Source of the DNA: an uncultured Phocaeicola sp.
Lineage (GTDB): Bacteria > Bacteroidota > Bacteroidia > Bacteroidales > Bacteroidaceae
Reading direction: 5' to 3'
NCBI GenBank assembly: GCA_944320855.1
Contig: CALUJF010000006.1
Coordinates: 17,399 to 81,398, forward strand
Length of the DNA stretch: 64,000 nucleotides
The notes below the pieces were generated by a model. It did not search any database. It was not told the origin of the DNA and saw nothing but the letters and a program-made list of their open reading frames with translations. Of the stretch, positions 10,135 through 18,422 are shown one piece after another; position 1 is the stretch's first letter, and the number at the start of each line of letters is the position of its first letter. A program made the position numbers and the translations under genes.

Positions 10135-12099
10135 ATGAAACGAAGGCTTATATACATGGTTGTGGCAGTTATGGCTTTTGCAGTGTCGGCATGTACTGCA
10201 GAAGAGATAATCGATGCCCTAAGGGGGTATTCCGACATGTATATAAGCCCTTATGTCATGGACGGTTCTTCTCAGAAAGAGGTGACAGGCGATGAAACAG
10301 GCAGCGGTTTCCGTAAAGGTGACTCGCTTGCATTGGTTATTTTCTCCGAAGGGTATAGCCCCAACTGCTACGAAGAGGGATTTATTCAGACTGCAATTTT
10401 CGATGGAAGTATCTGGAATGCAGACTGTGCTTCGGCTTTCCAGCCAAATACTGTAGAGTGGAAGCCGATAGATAACCTGAAATGGAAAGCTATGGGAGAA
10501 AACTTTGAAATCTATGCATACACTCCCGACGTAAGACAGGTCCTGGCATGGCCTTCGTATAACGGAAAAGTTTCTGTAAACCAAGATACTTTTGAGAATT
10601 TCCGACGCAGTGATTTCTTGTTTGGCAGGGTTGCTACCAAAAAGACCAACAGTTACGTGTCTATACCTATGGAGCACAAGCTTGCCATGCTATCAGTAGA
10701 ATTGTTAAGTTCGGAAGAGTCGTCTGTGCATTTTGACAATATGAGCGTGACTGCTTATACGGATTTCTGGGCGCATCTTTCTCTCGACAAGGTTTACTGC
10801 ATAAACGGCGATATGAAGTCTGTTAAGGCTTATCGACAGAATGACACCATATTTTCTGTAATTCTTCCGGCCCAGAACCTTTCGGAAGGACAGATTGTTT
10901 TCTCCATGTCCGATGGAACACGAAAAGTACTCCCTGTAGTGATGGATATGGAATTCAGAATGAAGCATAAGGTTAAGGCTGTATGCTCGGAAGGCGGTAG
11001 GGTAGATATTCTGAGCGTCGATAAAACGCCATGGGGAATGGTTGAATCAGATGATAATGACGATGAACCTAAATCTTATACCACCGGTGAGGTGATAGTC
11101 TACCATAAAAGCAGTAATGCAAATCCGGTCACTATGGTTGTGACGGGAGACGGATACACGGAAAATGACTTGCAGTACGGAGGTAAATTTGAGAAAAACG
11201 CACGTTCGGCTCTGGATTTTCTGTTTGGTGTAGAACCTTACAAGTCGTACATGGATTATTTTAATGTGTACATCATTCCTGCTCTGTCTGTTGAGTCGGG
11301 CGCTGACAACTATACAATTGGGCTCGACAGAAATACTTACTTTAATTCCGGATGGAGCGACGACGGCAAAGATATGTATGCCAATGATGTTCTCTTGATG
11401 AATTTTGTCCGGACTTTTTGCCCTGATTTTAAGGATGGAAAGCTCACTTTGGACAATCTGCCAATATGTTTGCTGGTTAATGATGTACGTCATGGGGGTA
11501 TCTGCTATTCATGGAAATCAGGAAAATCATTTGCTATTGTGCCTACTACAGAGGGCGAATGGAAACTTCCGGGTAACGAGGAAACGGGGATAAATGTGTG
11601 CAACTGGAGAAATACTTTCCTGCATGAATATGGTGGACACTGTTTTGGAAGGTTGATGGATGAGTATTATCAGGAAGAGAGCGGAAGTACATATGACATG
11701 GGAGCCATAGAAGGCCATTCATGGGAAATGCCTTTCGGATTGAATATTACAGCCGACGAAACCGGTGTGAATGACATGGTTTATTGGGAAAGAATGATTG
11801 GCGATGAGCGTTTTCCTAAGGTAGGGATGTATGAAGGCGGTTATAATTATGAATATGGAATATGGCGTTCGGAAGAAGTCAGCGCGATGGACGATAACCG
11901 CAGATACTTTAATGCAGTTTCCCGCCGGATTATAGTTGAGCGAATTATGAAAATTTCCGGTCAGGAATTCGATTATGAGGATTTTTGTACTAAGGATGTA
12001 GATTATGACGAATTGCGGGATGCTGTTTCCATACCTACAAGAAATCCTTCCGGAATTGAAGTGTTTCCACATACTCCGCCACCGGTATTTATGGATTAG
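10135..12099 (+). CDS. lipoprotein: fimbrillin-like N-terminal domain fused to an M64 (IgA-peptidase-like) metallopeptidase-like domain
   Basis: I prefer the ATG at 10135 (MKRRLIYMVV..AVSAC/TAEE) over the TTG at 10126. The N-terminal ~300 aa carry the fimbrillin-type signature SDFLFGRV..VSIPMEHKLAMLSVELL. The C-terminal half has NTFLHEYGGHCFGRLMDEYY, close to the M64 HEFGHSFGGLADEY block as I recall it but with one extra residue between the histidines. Confidence 0.65.
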   Translation: MKRRLIYMVVAVMAFAVSACTAEEIIDALRGYSDMYISPYVMDGSSQKEVTGDETGSGFRKGDSLALVIFSEGYSPNCYEEGFIQTAIFDGSIWNADCASAFQPNTVEWKPIDNLKWKAMGENFEIYAYTPDVRQVLAWPSYNGKVSVNQDTFENFRRSDFLFGRVATKKTNSYVSIPMEHKLAMLSVELLSSEESSVHFDNMSVTAYTDFWAHLSLDKVYCINGDMKSVKAYRQNDTIFSVILPAQNLSEGQIVFSMSDGTRKVLPVVMDMEFRMKHKVKAVCSEGGRVDILSVDKTPWGMVESDDNDDEPKSYTTGEVIVYHKSSNANPVTMVVTGDGYTENDLQYGGKFEKNARSALDFLFGVEPYKSYMDYFNVYIIPALSVESGADNYTIGLDRNTYFNSGWSDDGKDMYANDVLLMNFVRTFCPDFKDGKLTLDNLPICLLVNDVRHGGICYSWKSGKSFAIVPTTEGEWKLPGNEETGINVCNWRNTFLHEYGGHCFGRLMDEYYQEESGSTYDMGAIEGHSWEMPFGLNITADETGVNDMVYWERMIGDERFPKVGMYEGGYNYEYGIWRSEEVSAMDDNRRYFNAVSRRIIVERIMKISGQEFDYEDFCTKDVDYDELRDAVSIPTRNPSGIEVFPHTPPPVFMD

Positions 12100-12128
12100 C
12101 TGTTTTCCCCTTAATTTTTTATCGTTTG

Positions 12129-12238
12129 ACATATGTCGGTATTCTTACTTACATATGTCGGTATTCTTACTTACATATGTCGGTAATCTTACTTACATAT
12201 GTCGGTAAGTTAACTTACATATGTAGGTAAAAGAAAAT
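12129..12238. repeat. tandem direct repeat, 5 units of 22 bp, each starting with the 8-bp palindrome ACATATGT
   Basis: Unit starts are at 12129, 12151, 12173, 12195 and 12217. Units 1-2 are identical (acatatgtcggtattcttactt), units 3-4 differ at a few positions, and unit 5 is degenerate (acatatgtaggtaaaagaaaat). Confidence 0.95.
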
Positions 12239-12549
12239 GTCAAAGTAAAATCAATCACGAGATTTGAATTAAGATTATGCTTTATTTTTCAAAAAATAAA
12301 AAAGTATTCTGTTATTTTTACGAATATACAACGCTAACTCTTTGTAAAGTTAACTAAAAATGTTCATAGGTGTTGTATTTGTATTATGATAATGCCGGTT
12401 TTATGGGTATTGCGTAGATAATAGTTTGTGTGATAGTGTGTTAGCCTTATTTGTGTGTGTTGAGATTTTCTGCCTGTCTTTTGTTAAGAGTGTTAAATTT
12501 AACCGATATTAAAAAGTACTATAAAAACTGCAAATTATAAATTTAATAC

Positions 12550-12557
12550 TATATTTG
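12550..12557 (+). promoter_or_regulatory. candidate Bacteroides-type -7 promoter box (TAtaTTTG) upstream of the pilus-like operon
   Basis: Exact match to TAnnTTTG, 34 nt upstream of the ATG at 12591. I saw no clear -33 TTTG partner. Confidence 0.3.
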
Positions 12558-12590
12558 CCATGTTTGTATTACAAAACGCGTTAAAGGTAT

Positions 12591-13691
12591 ATGAATAGGT
12601 GTTTGGAAAGATTCCACGTGGTATTTCCTATATTAACAATATTTGTTTTGTTTTGTTCAATAAATCCATTGTCATCACAAAATAAAAGACCGGGGATAAT
12701 AAAGGAAGATACCATAGTTAAGTTTAAGGACAGATGGTCGTTCAGAACCAATGCTGTGGGATGGTTGTTGACTGTCCCCAATGCAGCTGTGGAGTTTGAC
12801 CTGACTAACTCTGTCTATAATAAACTGACGCTTGGTGTCGAAGGGAAATACAACGGATATACCATGCATAACCATTTGCCTTATAACGTCTTCAATTATT
12901 GGGAAGTAAAGCCCGAAATCAGAAAGTATTGGCGCACGGAATATAGACCTAAAACAGGGAATAAACCCACTTTGCGTGAGAAACTGTTCTCCAAGCAGAG
13001 GGAGAAACCCAGATATTGGAGGGCATATTACATGGGAGGATATGTCAATGCCGGCGGTTATGATTTTAAGTTTTCTGATGAAGGAGTCAGGGGTGAATAT
13101 ATAGGTGCCGGATTGACTGCCGGATATAGCGTCCCCCTCTATTCTTATAAGAGTGGTGCCATAGACCTTGAATTTGGTGGAAACATAGGTTTGATGGTTA
13201 CCAAAAACAGCGGCTTCAGGCTTGATATAGAGAATAACGAATACATACCAACTGCCAATGTAAAAAACTGGCATATGGTGCCGTTTCCTGTAATTACTGA
13301 TTTAAGGGTGGCCTTTGTGTTCAGGTTCAATTCCATAAAGGATAAGTACAAACGTACTGATTATGAAAAGATTAGAATGCGAGAGGCTGCCAAGGTGGAG
13401 AAAAAACGTCAGAAAGACTCTATCAGAGTGGCTCGACACTTAGAAGACAGTTTGCAGGATTTGAGAAAGAAGTTTGTCAAAGACTCTATAAAAGCAGCCA
13501 GACTTTTGCAGGACAGCCTGGAGGATGCAAGAAAGGCTTTTGTTAAGGACTCTCTGGAGAACGTGAAAAAGCTTGAAGCTGCCGGCGAAAGGAAACGCGG
13601 AAAGAAAGACGATGAGGACAAAAGTACGGATAATGTTCCATTGAAGACTGAAGATGAAAATAACGATGCTTTGATTAAAAAAGAAGATTGA
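12591..13691 (+). CDS. DUF3575-like outer-membrane beta-barrel protein with a charged helical-repeat C-terminal tail
   Basis: 366-aa ORF with a signal peptide. The segment FRTNAVGWLLTVPNAAVEFDL..LTLGVEGKYN and later strands resemble the DUF3575 pattern also seen in 19484..20044. The C-terminal ~100 aa are Lys/Asp/Glu-rich with 22-aa repeats. Confidence 0.6.
   Translation: MNRCLERFHVVFPILTIFVLFCSINPLSSQNKRPGIIKEDTIVKFKDRWSFRTNAVGWLLTVPNAAVEFDLTNSVYNKLTLGVEGKYNGYTMHNHLPYNVFNYWEVKPEIRKYWRTEYRPKTGNKPTLREKLFSKQREKPRYWRAYYMGGYVNAGGYDFKFSDEGVRGEYIGAGLTAGYSVPLYSYKSGAIDLEFGGNIGLMVTKNSGFRLDIENNEYIPTANVKNWHMVPFPVITDLRVAFVFRFNSIKDKYKRTDYEKIRMREAAKVEKKRQKDSIRVARHLEDSLQDLRKKFVKDSIKAARLLQDSLEDARKAFVKDSLENVKKLEAAGERKRGKKDDEDKSTDNVPLKTEDENNDALIKKED
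13413..13580 (+). repeat. in-frame 66-bp (22-aa) tandem repeat inside the DUF3575-like gene
   Basis: KDSIRVARHLEDSLQDLRKKFV, then KDSIKAARLLQDSLEDARKAFV, then the partial KDSLENVKKLEA. Repeat starts are at 13413, 13479 and 13545. Confidence 0.85.
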
Positions 13692-13694
13692 CCT

Positions 13695-14846
13695 ATGGGA
13701 CTTAAATTTAGGATATACTATGTAATAATGTTGCTTGCCACTGTTGCAGTGGTGTCGTGTGCGCGTATGGAGGTACAGGATGCAGCAACCAAACTCGAGT
13801 ATTCCGGGCTTAGCTTTAACTATGTTTGGGATACCCAGTCTGCCGATGCCACCAAGGATTCGCTGTACTGCATAATAAACAAGACCAGATATACAAGCCA
13901 TTATTTCCTTAAGACAGATGCAAACGGTGCAATAAAGAGCGACAAAACCGTGGATAGCAAGGAACAGGTGGTAGACGGTGTACAGTTCGACTCAAAGTAC
14001 TATCTGAAGTCGGGCGAATATACTATATATGTAATCGACAAGCCTCAGGAAGGACTGTCTGTCGACTCGCTGAAGAATTTCGTACAGTCTGAGGCTATAT
14101 CTCCCAATGACATAGTGCTCAGGGTGCGCGAACAGAGTATCGATGATATGGAGATTCTGAAAGACGAGGCGTGGGAAGGCACAAGCTGGATGAGCACATT
14201 GAACGGTAATTACCCATATTTCTATAATATCGACTCTGTAAGGTTTGATGTGAAAACCGATTATATCGTGGAAAACGGTGTTGATGCGACTCTTGAATTC
14301 AAGCCTTTCAATATCACCCAGAAAGTGGTCATGCCGTTTATAGTAACTGCAGAAGAGGGCGTGAACATACAGAAAATCCTGATAGAGTTTTCAGGTGTAT
14401 TGGAGAGAAGATACCTTACAGGCAGCAAGGCTATAATGGGGGATAATGATAAAGGTATAGGTAGGGTAATCCTGAGTGCGGAGGCTGTCAAGAAAGAGGG
14501 GAATGATATATATTATCAGGCTGTGCTGCATACTTTGGGACTTATACCGAATTTGGAAAGTGATGTAATAGCCAACGGTCCGGGAGCTATTTACTTGGCG
14601 ATATTTGCCGAGGCTGAAGGTAAGAAGAAGATGCTTAGAACAACGAAGAATATTTCCAGGTATATCAACGAATCAGGAGGTGTGGCCTTTGATGATAAAG
14701 AAAATGTGTTCGAAATACTTAAGAACGAGGTAGTGCTTAATACGGGCTTCCATTTCAATGTGACCAAACGGCAGATAACTTCTGATACGGAAGACGGAAT
14801 CCAGGAATGGGAGGGTGAAGGAAATGATTTTGAAGGTGAAATCTGA
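13695..14846 (+). CDS. fimbrial-operon lipoprotein, possibly an Mfa2/FimB-type anchor subunit
   Basis: 383-aa ORF with lipobox AVVSC/ARME, positioned directly before four fimbrillin paralogues as in Mfa/Fim-type loci. The sequence assignment is weak and rests on recall and context. Confidence 0.4.
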   Translation: MGLKFRIYYVIMLLATVAVVSCARMEVQDAATKLEYSGLSFNYVWDTQSADATKDSLYCIINKTRYTSHYFLKTDANGAIKSDKTVDSKEQVVDGVQFDSKYYLKSGEYTIYVIDKPQEGLSVDSLKNFVQSEAISPNDIVLRVREQSIDDMEILKDEAWEGTSWMSTLNGNYPYFYNIDSVRFDVKTDYIVENGVDATLEFKPFNITQKVVMPFIVTAEEGVNIQKILIEFSGVLERRYLTGSKAIMGDNDKGIGRVILSAEAVKKEGNDIYYQAVLHTLGLIPNLESDVIANGPGAIYLAIFAEAEGKKKMLRTTKNISRYINESGGVAFDDKENVFEILKNEVVLNTGFHFNVTKRQITSDTEDGIQEWEGEGNDFEGEI

Positions 14847-14856
14847 TAGTCTGAAA

Positions 14857-16080
14857 ATGAAATGTCTATTTAAACATATAGTTCCGATGATGGCAGCGGC
14901 ATGCCTGATGCTCGTAGCCGGATGTGCAGACAGGTCATATCCGGGAGAGGAGACTTTGCTCAGGGATATGAATCTCATTCCTGAGCATGGAACATATCCT
15001 ATAAGAGTGTCGGTAGGAAACTCGCAGTTGGATGAGAATACCAGAGCATCAGAAGTTAAGAATGAACTTACTGATACTGTATATGTATATGCCTACAGTA
15101 AGGATATGACGGCCAATTACAGTTTCGATTCGGATTTCGACAAGAATGTGTGTCTGCTCGACGGACTGATACAGGACAAGAAGTCAAAACACGGAAAAAG
15201 GGCTATGTTGCTCCAGGACGAACCGTTCCTGACATGGATGAACGAACCGAAAACCGTATATTTCCACGACAACAACCAGCCGTACGATTTCTTTGCTTAC
15301 TACCTCGACGGAGCATATATGGACGATAAGGAGATAACGAAGCTCGAGGACAGGATAAAGATGAATATCACTATAGACGGAACAAACGACATAATGAGTT
15401 CCAAGGCTGAAGTGACGGAAGAACAGCTCAGTGCAAGTTCTAACTCGGAAGCCGACAAGGAGAGGGTGAAGAACATGAGTTTCAGTAATCTTACGGCAGA
15501 ATGGAACGTACAGCCTATATTCCTGTTCAAGCATCACATGTGTCGCTTCATGTTCTGGCTTTATGCCCAGAATCCTAAAGTAGGGGGTGTATACATAGAA
15601 AGCATTAATGTGAAATCGAAAACCAAAGGCGTATTTACCGTGGCAAGCAGTACCACAGGAAACATGGGGGTAGATTTCTCGCAAGAGCAGGAATATATAC
15701 CTATTTTTCTTAGGGACAAGGACAGGACAGAATTAGATAAAGATACCTATTGTCCGAAAGTAGATGGTGTGGATTTCAGCAAACCGGTTTATGAAAGGGA
15801 TGCCGTACAGGTGGGCGGCGAGCTGATACTTCCTCCGGGTGAGACCCAGTATCTCTATTCGGTGAAGATGAAGCAGTTCCTTAACGGTAAGTGGGAGTAT
15901 AATGAAACGCCATACACACCATTGCCGATGGAAGAAGGCGAAACTTTCAGCCCTGGAAACCAGTATAACGTAAAGTTAGCCGTTTACGGAATCCAGGAAG
16001 TAAGAGCGGAAGTAACTCTTACCCCATGGAAATTTGGCGGCAGCATAGTAATAGACCCGGATAAAGATTTTGAGAATTAG
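14857..16080 (+). CDS. fimbrillin-family (type V pilin-like) lipoprotein
   Basis: I prefer the ATG at 14857 (MKCLF..LVAGC/ADRS), which avoids a 32-nt overlap. Features are a beta-strand followed by TR63/AS, the central signature FKHHMCRFMFWLYA, and the C-terminal VTLTPWKFGGSIVID. Confidence 0.65.
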   Translation: MKCLFKHIVPMMAAACLMLVAGCADRSYPGEETLLRDMNLIPEHGTYPIRVSVGNSQLDENTRASEVKNELTDTVYVYAYSKDMTANYSFDSDFDKNVCLLDGLIQDKKSKHGKRAMLLQDEPFLTWMNEPKTVYFHDNNQPYDFFAYYLDGAYMDDKEITKLEDRIKMNITIDGTNDIMSSKAEVTEEQLSASSNSEADKERVKNMSFSNLTAEWNVQPIFLFKHHMCRFMFWLYAQNPKVGGVYIESINVKSKTKGVFTVASSTTGNMGVDFSQEQEYIPIFLRDKDRTELDKDTYCPKVDGVDFSKPVYERDAVQVGGELILPPGETQYLYSVKMKQFLNGKWEYNETPYTPLPMEEGETFSPGNQYNVKLAVYGIQEVRAEVTLTPWKFGGSIVIDPDKDFEN

Positions 16081-16116
16081 AATAATTTTTAGTGTTTAAT
16101 TTAATTTTATTTTATT

Positions 16117-17337
16117 ATGAACAAAACGTGGATTTTTGCAACAATGGCTCTCGCATTGGGAACAAGTTGCTCAAAAGACAAGGGGATTGACATTGACGAT
16201 TCTTCTTTAGAGGAGATTGTATTAGGCGTGGGGTCGAGTGTAAGTGTACAACCATCATCAAGAGGTAATGGTGCTGTTGGTGGACTTGGTGGTGTTGACA
16301 CTCCTAACAATTGGAATGGTGAACAGATTTATGTGTACTGTATTAGCAATGGGGAATACGGTGTAACCGGAGCTGCAAAAACAGTGAAGATTGATGGTGA
16401 ATTGGCTACAGCTCCTAATGGAACTGAAGATGAGCATGGAGTAAACAAAACTACATTAACTTGGAATCAGACAACTCCATACTATTACAATGGTAAAGAT
16501 GTGTATGATTTTTATGGTGTACATATAGATGATGCAACAGTCGAACCTGCTGATATGAAAATAGGTCAAGCTGATCCGGCTGATGGCTTCTCTGTAGATA
16601 TTACAATAGATGGTACGCAGGATATTATGGTTGCACAACCTGTTAAGACTGATGATATTACTGCTGCTGCAAATGCTGAAGTAACTGCAGCGGATGTTGA
16701 TAGAGTATATAGTGCATGGTCTGCAAGACGTAATGTAGTTCCTAATTTAGTGTTTAAGCATCTGCTGACGAGATTTAATTTCCAGGCGCAACTTGGTGAT
16801 ACAGAAACTGAAACAAAAGAAGACGCTCCTGATGCAATTAAAATAACTAAAATAGAAATATTGAATGTTTATGATAATGGAACATTGAATATTATACCTG
16901 TAAGTGGTGATCAATCTTTAGAACCTAAAGGTAAGGCAGAGACAGCAGTGAATTTTGTAGTTAAATCCAAATCAGAAGATGGAAAGTTAACAGATTTAAC
17001 AGCCGTACCTGTAATATCTAAAACTGCAGCACCAGTGGGAGAAGATGTTCTTTTATATCCAGAAGCAAGTTATACTATTAAAATTTATACTGAACAAGAT
17101 AAAAATCAAAATGGAAACACTGAAGATAAAGATGAGAAATGGAGTGAAGAATTCCCTATAGCTTTGAGTAAAGGTAGTTTCGTAGCAGGCTCTATGTATG
17201 ATATAAATATAAAAGTATATGGTCTTCAGAACATAAAAGTAGAAGCAAGTTTAACTCCTTGGGAAAATGGTGGCTCTATAAATGTCGATTCAGATAATAC
17301 CGGAAAAAAAGATGATACAGGAACGACTGAACCATAA
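16117..17337 (+). CDS. fimbrillin-family (type V pilin-like) lipoprotein
   Basis: Lipobox LGTSC/SKD, SSR49/GN after the first strand, FKHLLTRFNFQAQL, and the C-terminal ASLTPWENGGSINVD. Confidence 0.7.
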   Translation: MNKTWIFATMALALGTSCSKDKGIDIDDSSLEEIVLGVGSSVSVQPSSRGNGAVGGLGGVDTPNNWNGEQIYVYCISNGEYGVTGAAKTVKIDGELATAPNGTEDEHGVNKTTLTWNQTTPYYYNGKDVYDFYGVHIDDATVEPADMKIGQADPADGFSVDITIDGTQDIMVAQPVKTDDITAAANAEVTAADVDRVYSAWSARRNVVPNLVFKHLLTRFNFQAQLGDTETETKEDAPDAIKITKIEILNVYDNGTLNIIPVSGDQSLEPKGKAETAVNFVVKSKSEDGKLTDLTAVPVISKTAAPVGEDVLLYPEASYTIKIYTEQDKNQNGNTEDKDEKWSEEFPIALSKGSFVAGSMYDINIKVYGLQNIKVEASLTPWENGGSINVDSDNTGKKDDTGTTEP

Positions 17338-17368
17338 ATTTTATTTATAAATTATAAAAACGTTTATT

Positions 17369-18412
17369 ATGAAGAAAAGTATTTTATTCAGTATGGCTTT
17401 AGTAGCTGCTTTCAGTAGTTGTACTAAAGATAACAGTGTTGACAATAGCAACAATAATAACAATGATTTGGTAGCTATTGAATTTGGAACAAAGATGGAT
17501 ATTGACGTCGAAGAGGTTTCTCCTGCTTCAAGAGCTGCTGTAACCGCTTTCGATGGAACTCAGGAGTTAGGTATATTTGTATTGGCAGAAAATTTGGGTG
17601 CAGGTGAAACATGGCAAGGAGCTGATAAAGCCATGTTGTGGAATAATGTATTGACAACAATAAATGGTACAACTGCAACTCCTACTTTGGCAGAAGGTGT
17701 AGACAGTAAGTATTACCCTAATAGTGATAAGTATAACTATAATTTCTTTGGATACTATCCAAGACAGGAATCGCCAACGATTAATGATGATGATAAAACA
17801 GTAACTACTACAATAGATATTTCAAGTAGAACCGTTGATGTTCTTCATGGTAAAGCAACAGTTGCCGGTAATGGTTATAATGCTACATATGTAAAAGAAA
17901 ATGGTGTTCCTACAATTGATTTCAAACATTTACTTACACAGATACAGTTTAATATTAAGGCTGCTGATACTGATTTTGGAGAAGGAATAGTTACTGTAAA
18001 GAGTGTAAATGTTGCTAACGGAACAGACGAAATTACATTGACTATTGCTGATGCGGATGGTTCTACTGCTGGAACGGTTACTCCTGCTACTGAAGATGTA
18101 GAATTCTCTGTTGGACCAAAATCTGGTGAGGGTGAAATAACAAGTGCTACAACAGAAAAAGTTCCATTTGGAAGCACTGTTATGCTTTACGCTGCAGAAT
18201 CTAATCAAGCATTTACGGTATCAGTTACAATGATTGATGATGAAGGCGAAGAAGTTATAACTGAAGCAAAACCAGTTTCTCCAACAGGTGGTTTCTTAAG
18301 AGGACACTCTTATAATGTAACTCTTAATATGAGCAGCTTTACTTTAGTGTCACTCGAAGCTTCACTTACTGGTTGGGTAGAAGTTGAAGATGACGTAAAT
18401 GTAGATTTCTAA
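17369..18412 (+). CDS. fimbrillin-family (type V pilin-like) lipoprotein
   Basis: Lipobox AFSSC/TKD, ASR55/AA after the first strand, FKHLLTQIQFNIKA, and the C-terminal ASLTGWVEVEDDVNVDF. Confidence 0.7.
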   Translation: MKKSILFSMALVAAFSSCTKDNSVDNSNNNNNDLVAIEFGTKMDIDVEEVSPASRAAVTAFDGTQELGIFVLAENLGAGETWQGADKAMLWNNVLTTINGTTATPTLAEGVDSKYYPNSDKYNYNFFGYYPRQESPTINDDDKTVTTTIDISSRTVDVLHGKATVAGNGYNATYVKENGVPTIDFKHLLTQIQFNIKAADTDFGEGIVTVKSVNVANGTDEITLTIADADGSTAGTVTPATEDVEFSVGPKSGEGEITSATTEKVPFGSTVMLYAAESNQAFTVSVTMIDDEGEEVITEAKPVSPTGGFLRGHSYNVTLNMSSFTLVSLEASLTGWVEVEDDVNVDF

Positions 18413-18422
18413 GAAACCTTTT

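Noticed and set aside
12005-12208. 67-aa ORF reading through the 22-bp tandem repeat
   Set aside because: The repeat period (22 bp) is not a multiple of 3, so the peptide does not repeat. The ORF also overlaps the end of the M64-like gene and is most likely non-coding.
12129-12238. Possibility that the tandem arrays (also 36511-36576 and 52637-52702) are CRISPR arrays
   Set aside because: The units are directly abutting with no unique spacers, the arrays have only 3-5 units, and no cas genes are present.
12240-12590. Search for an invertible (fimbrial phase-variation) promoter flanked by inverted repeats upstream of the pilus-like operon
   Set aside because: I found only a short palindrome (GTTAAATTTAAC near 12492). 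There is no pair of 15-30-bp inverted repeats bracketing the region and no recombinase gene nearby. This was checked by eye only, so weak repeats could have been missed.
14815-14856. Longer start for the first fimbrillin gene, overlapping the Mfa2-like gene by 32 nt
   Set aside because: The ATG at 14857 yields a standard lipoprotein signal peptide directly. The longer form adds 14 charged residues before it. It cannot be fully excluded.
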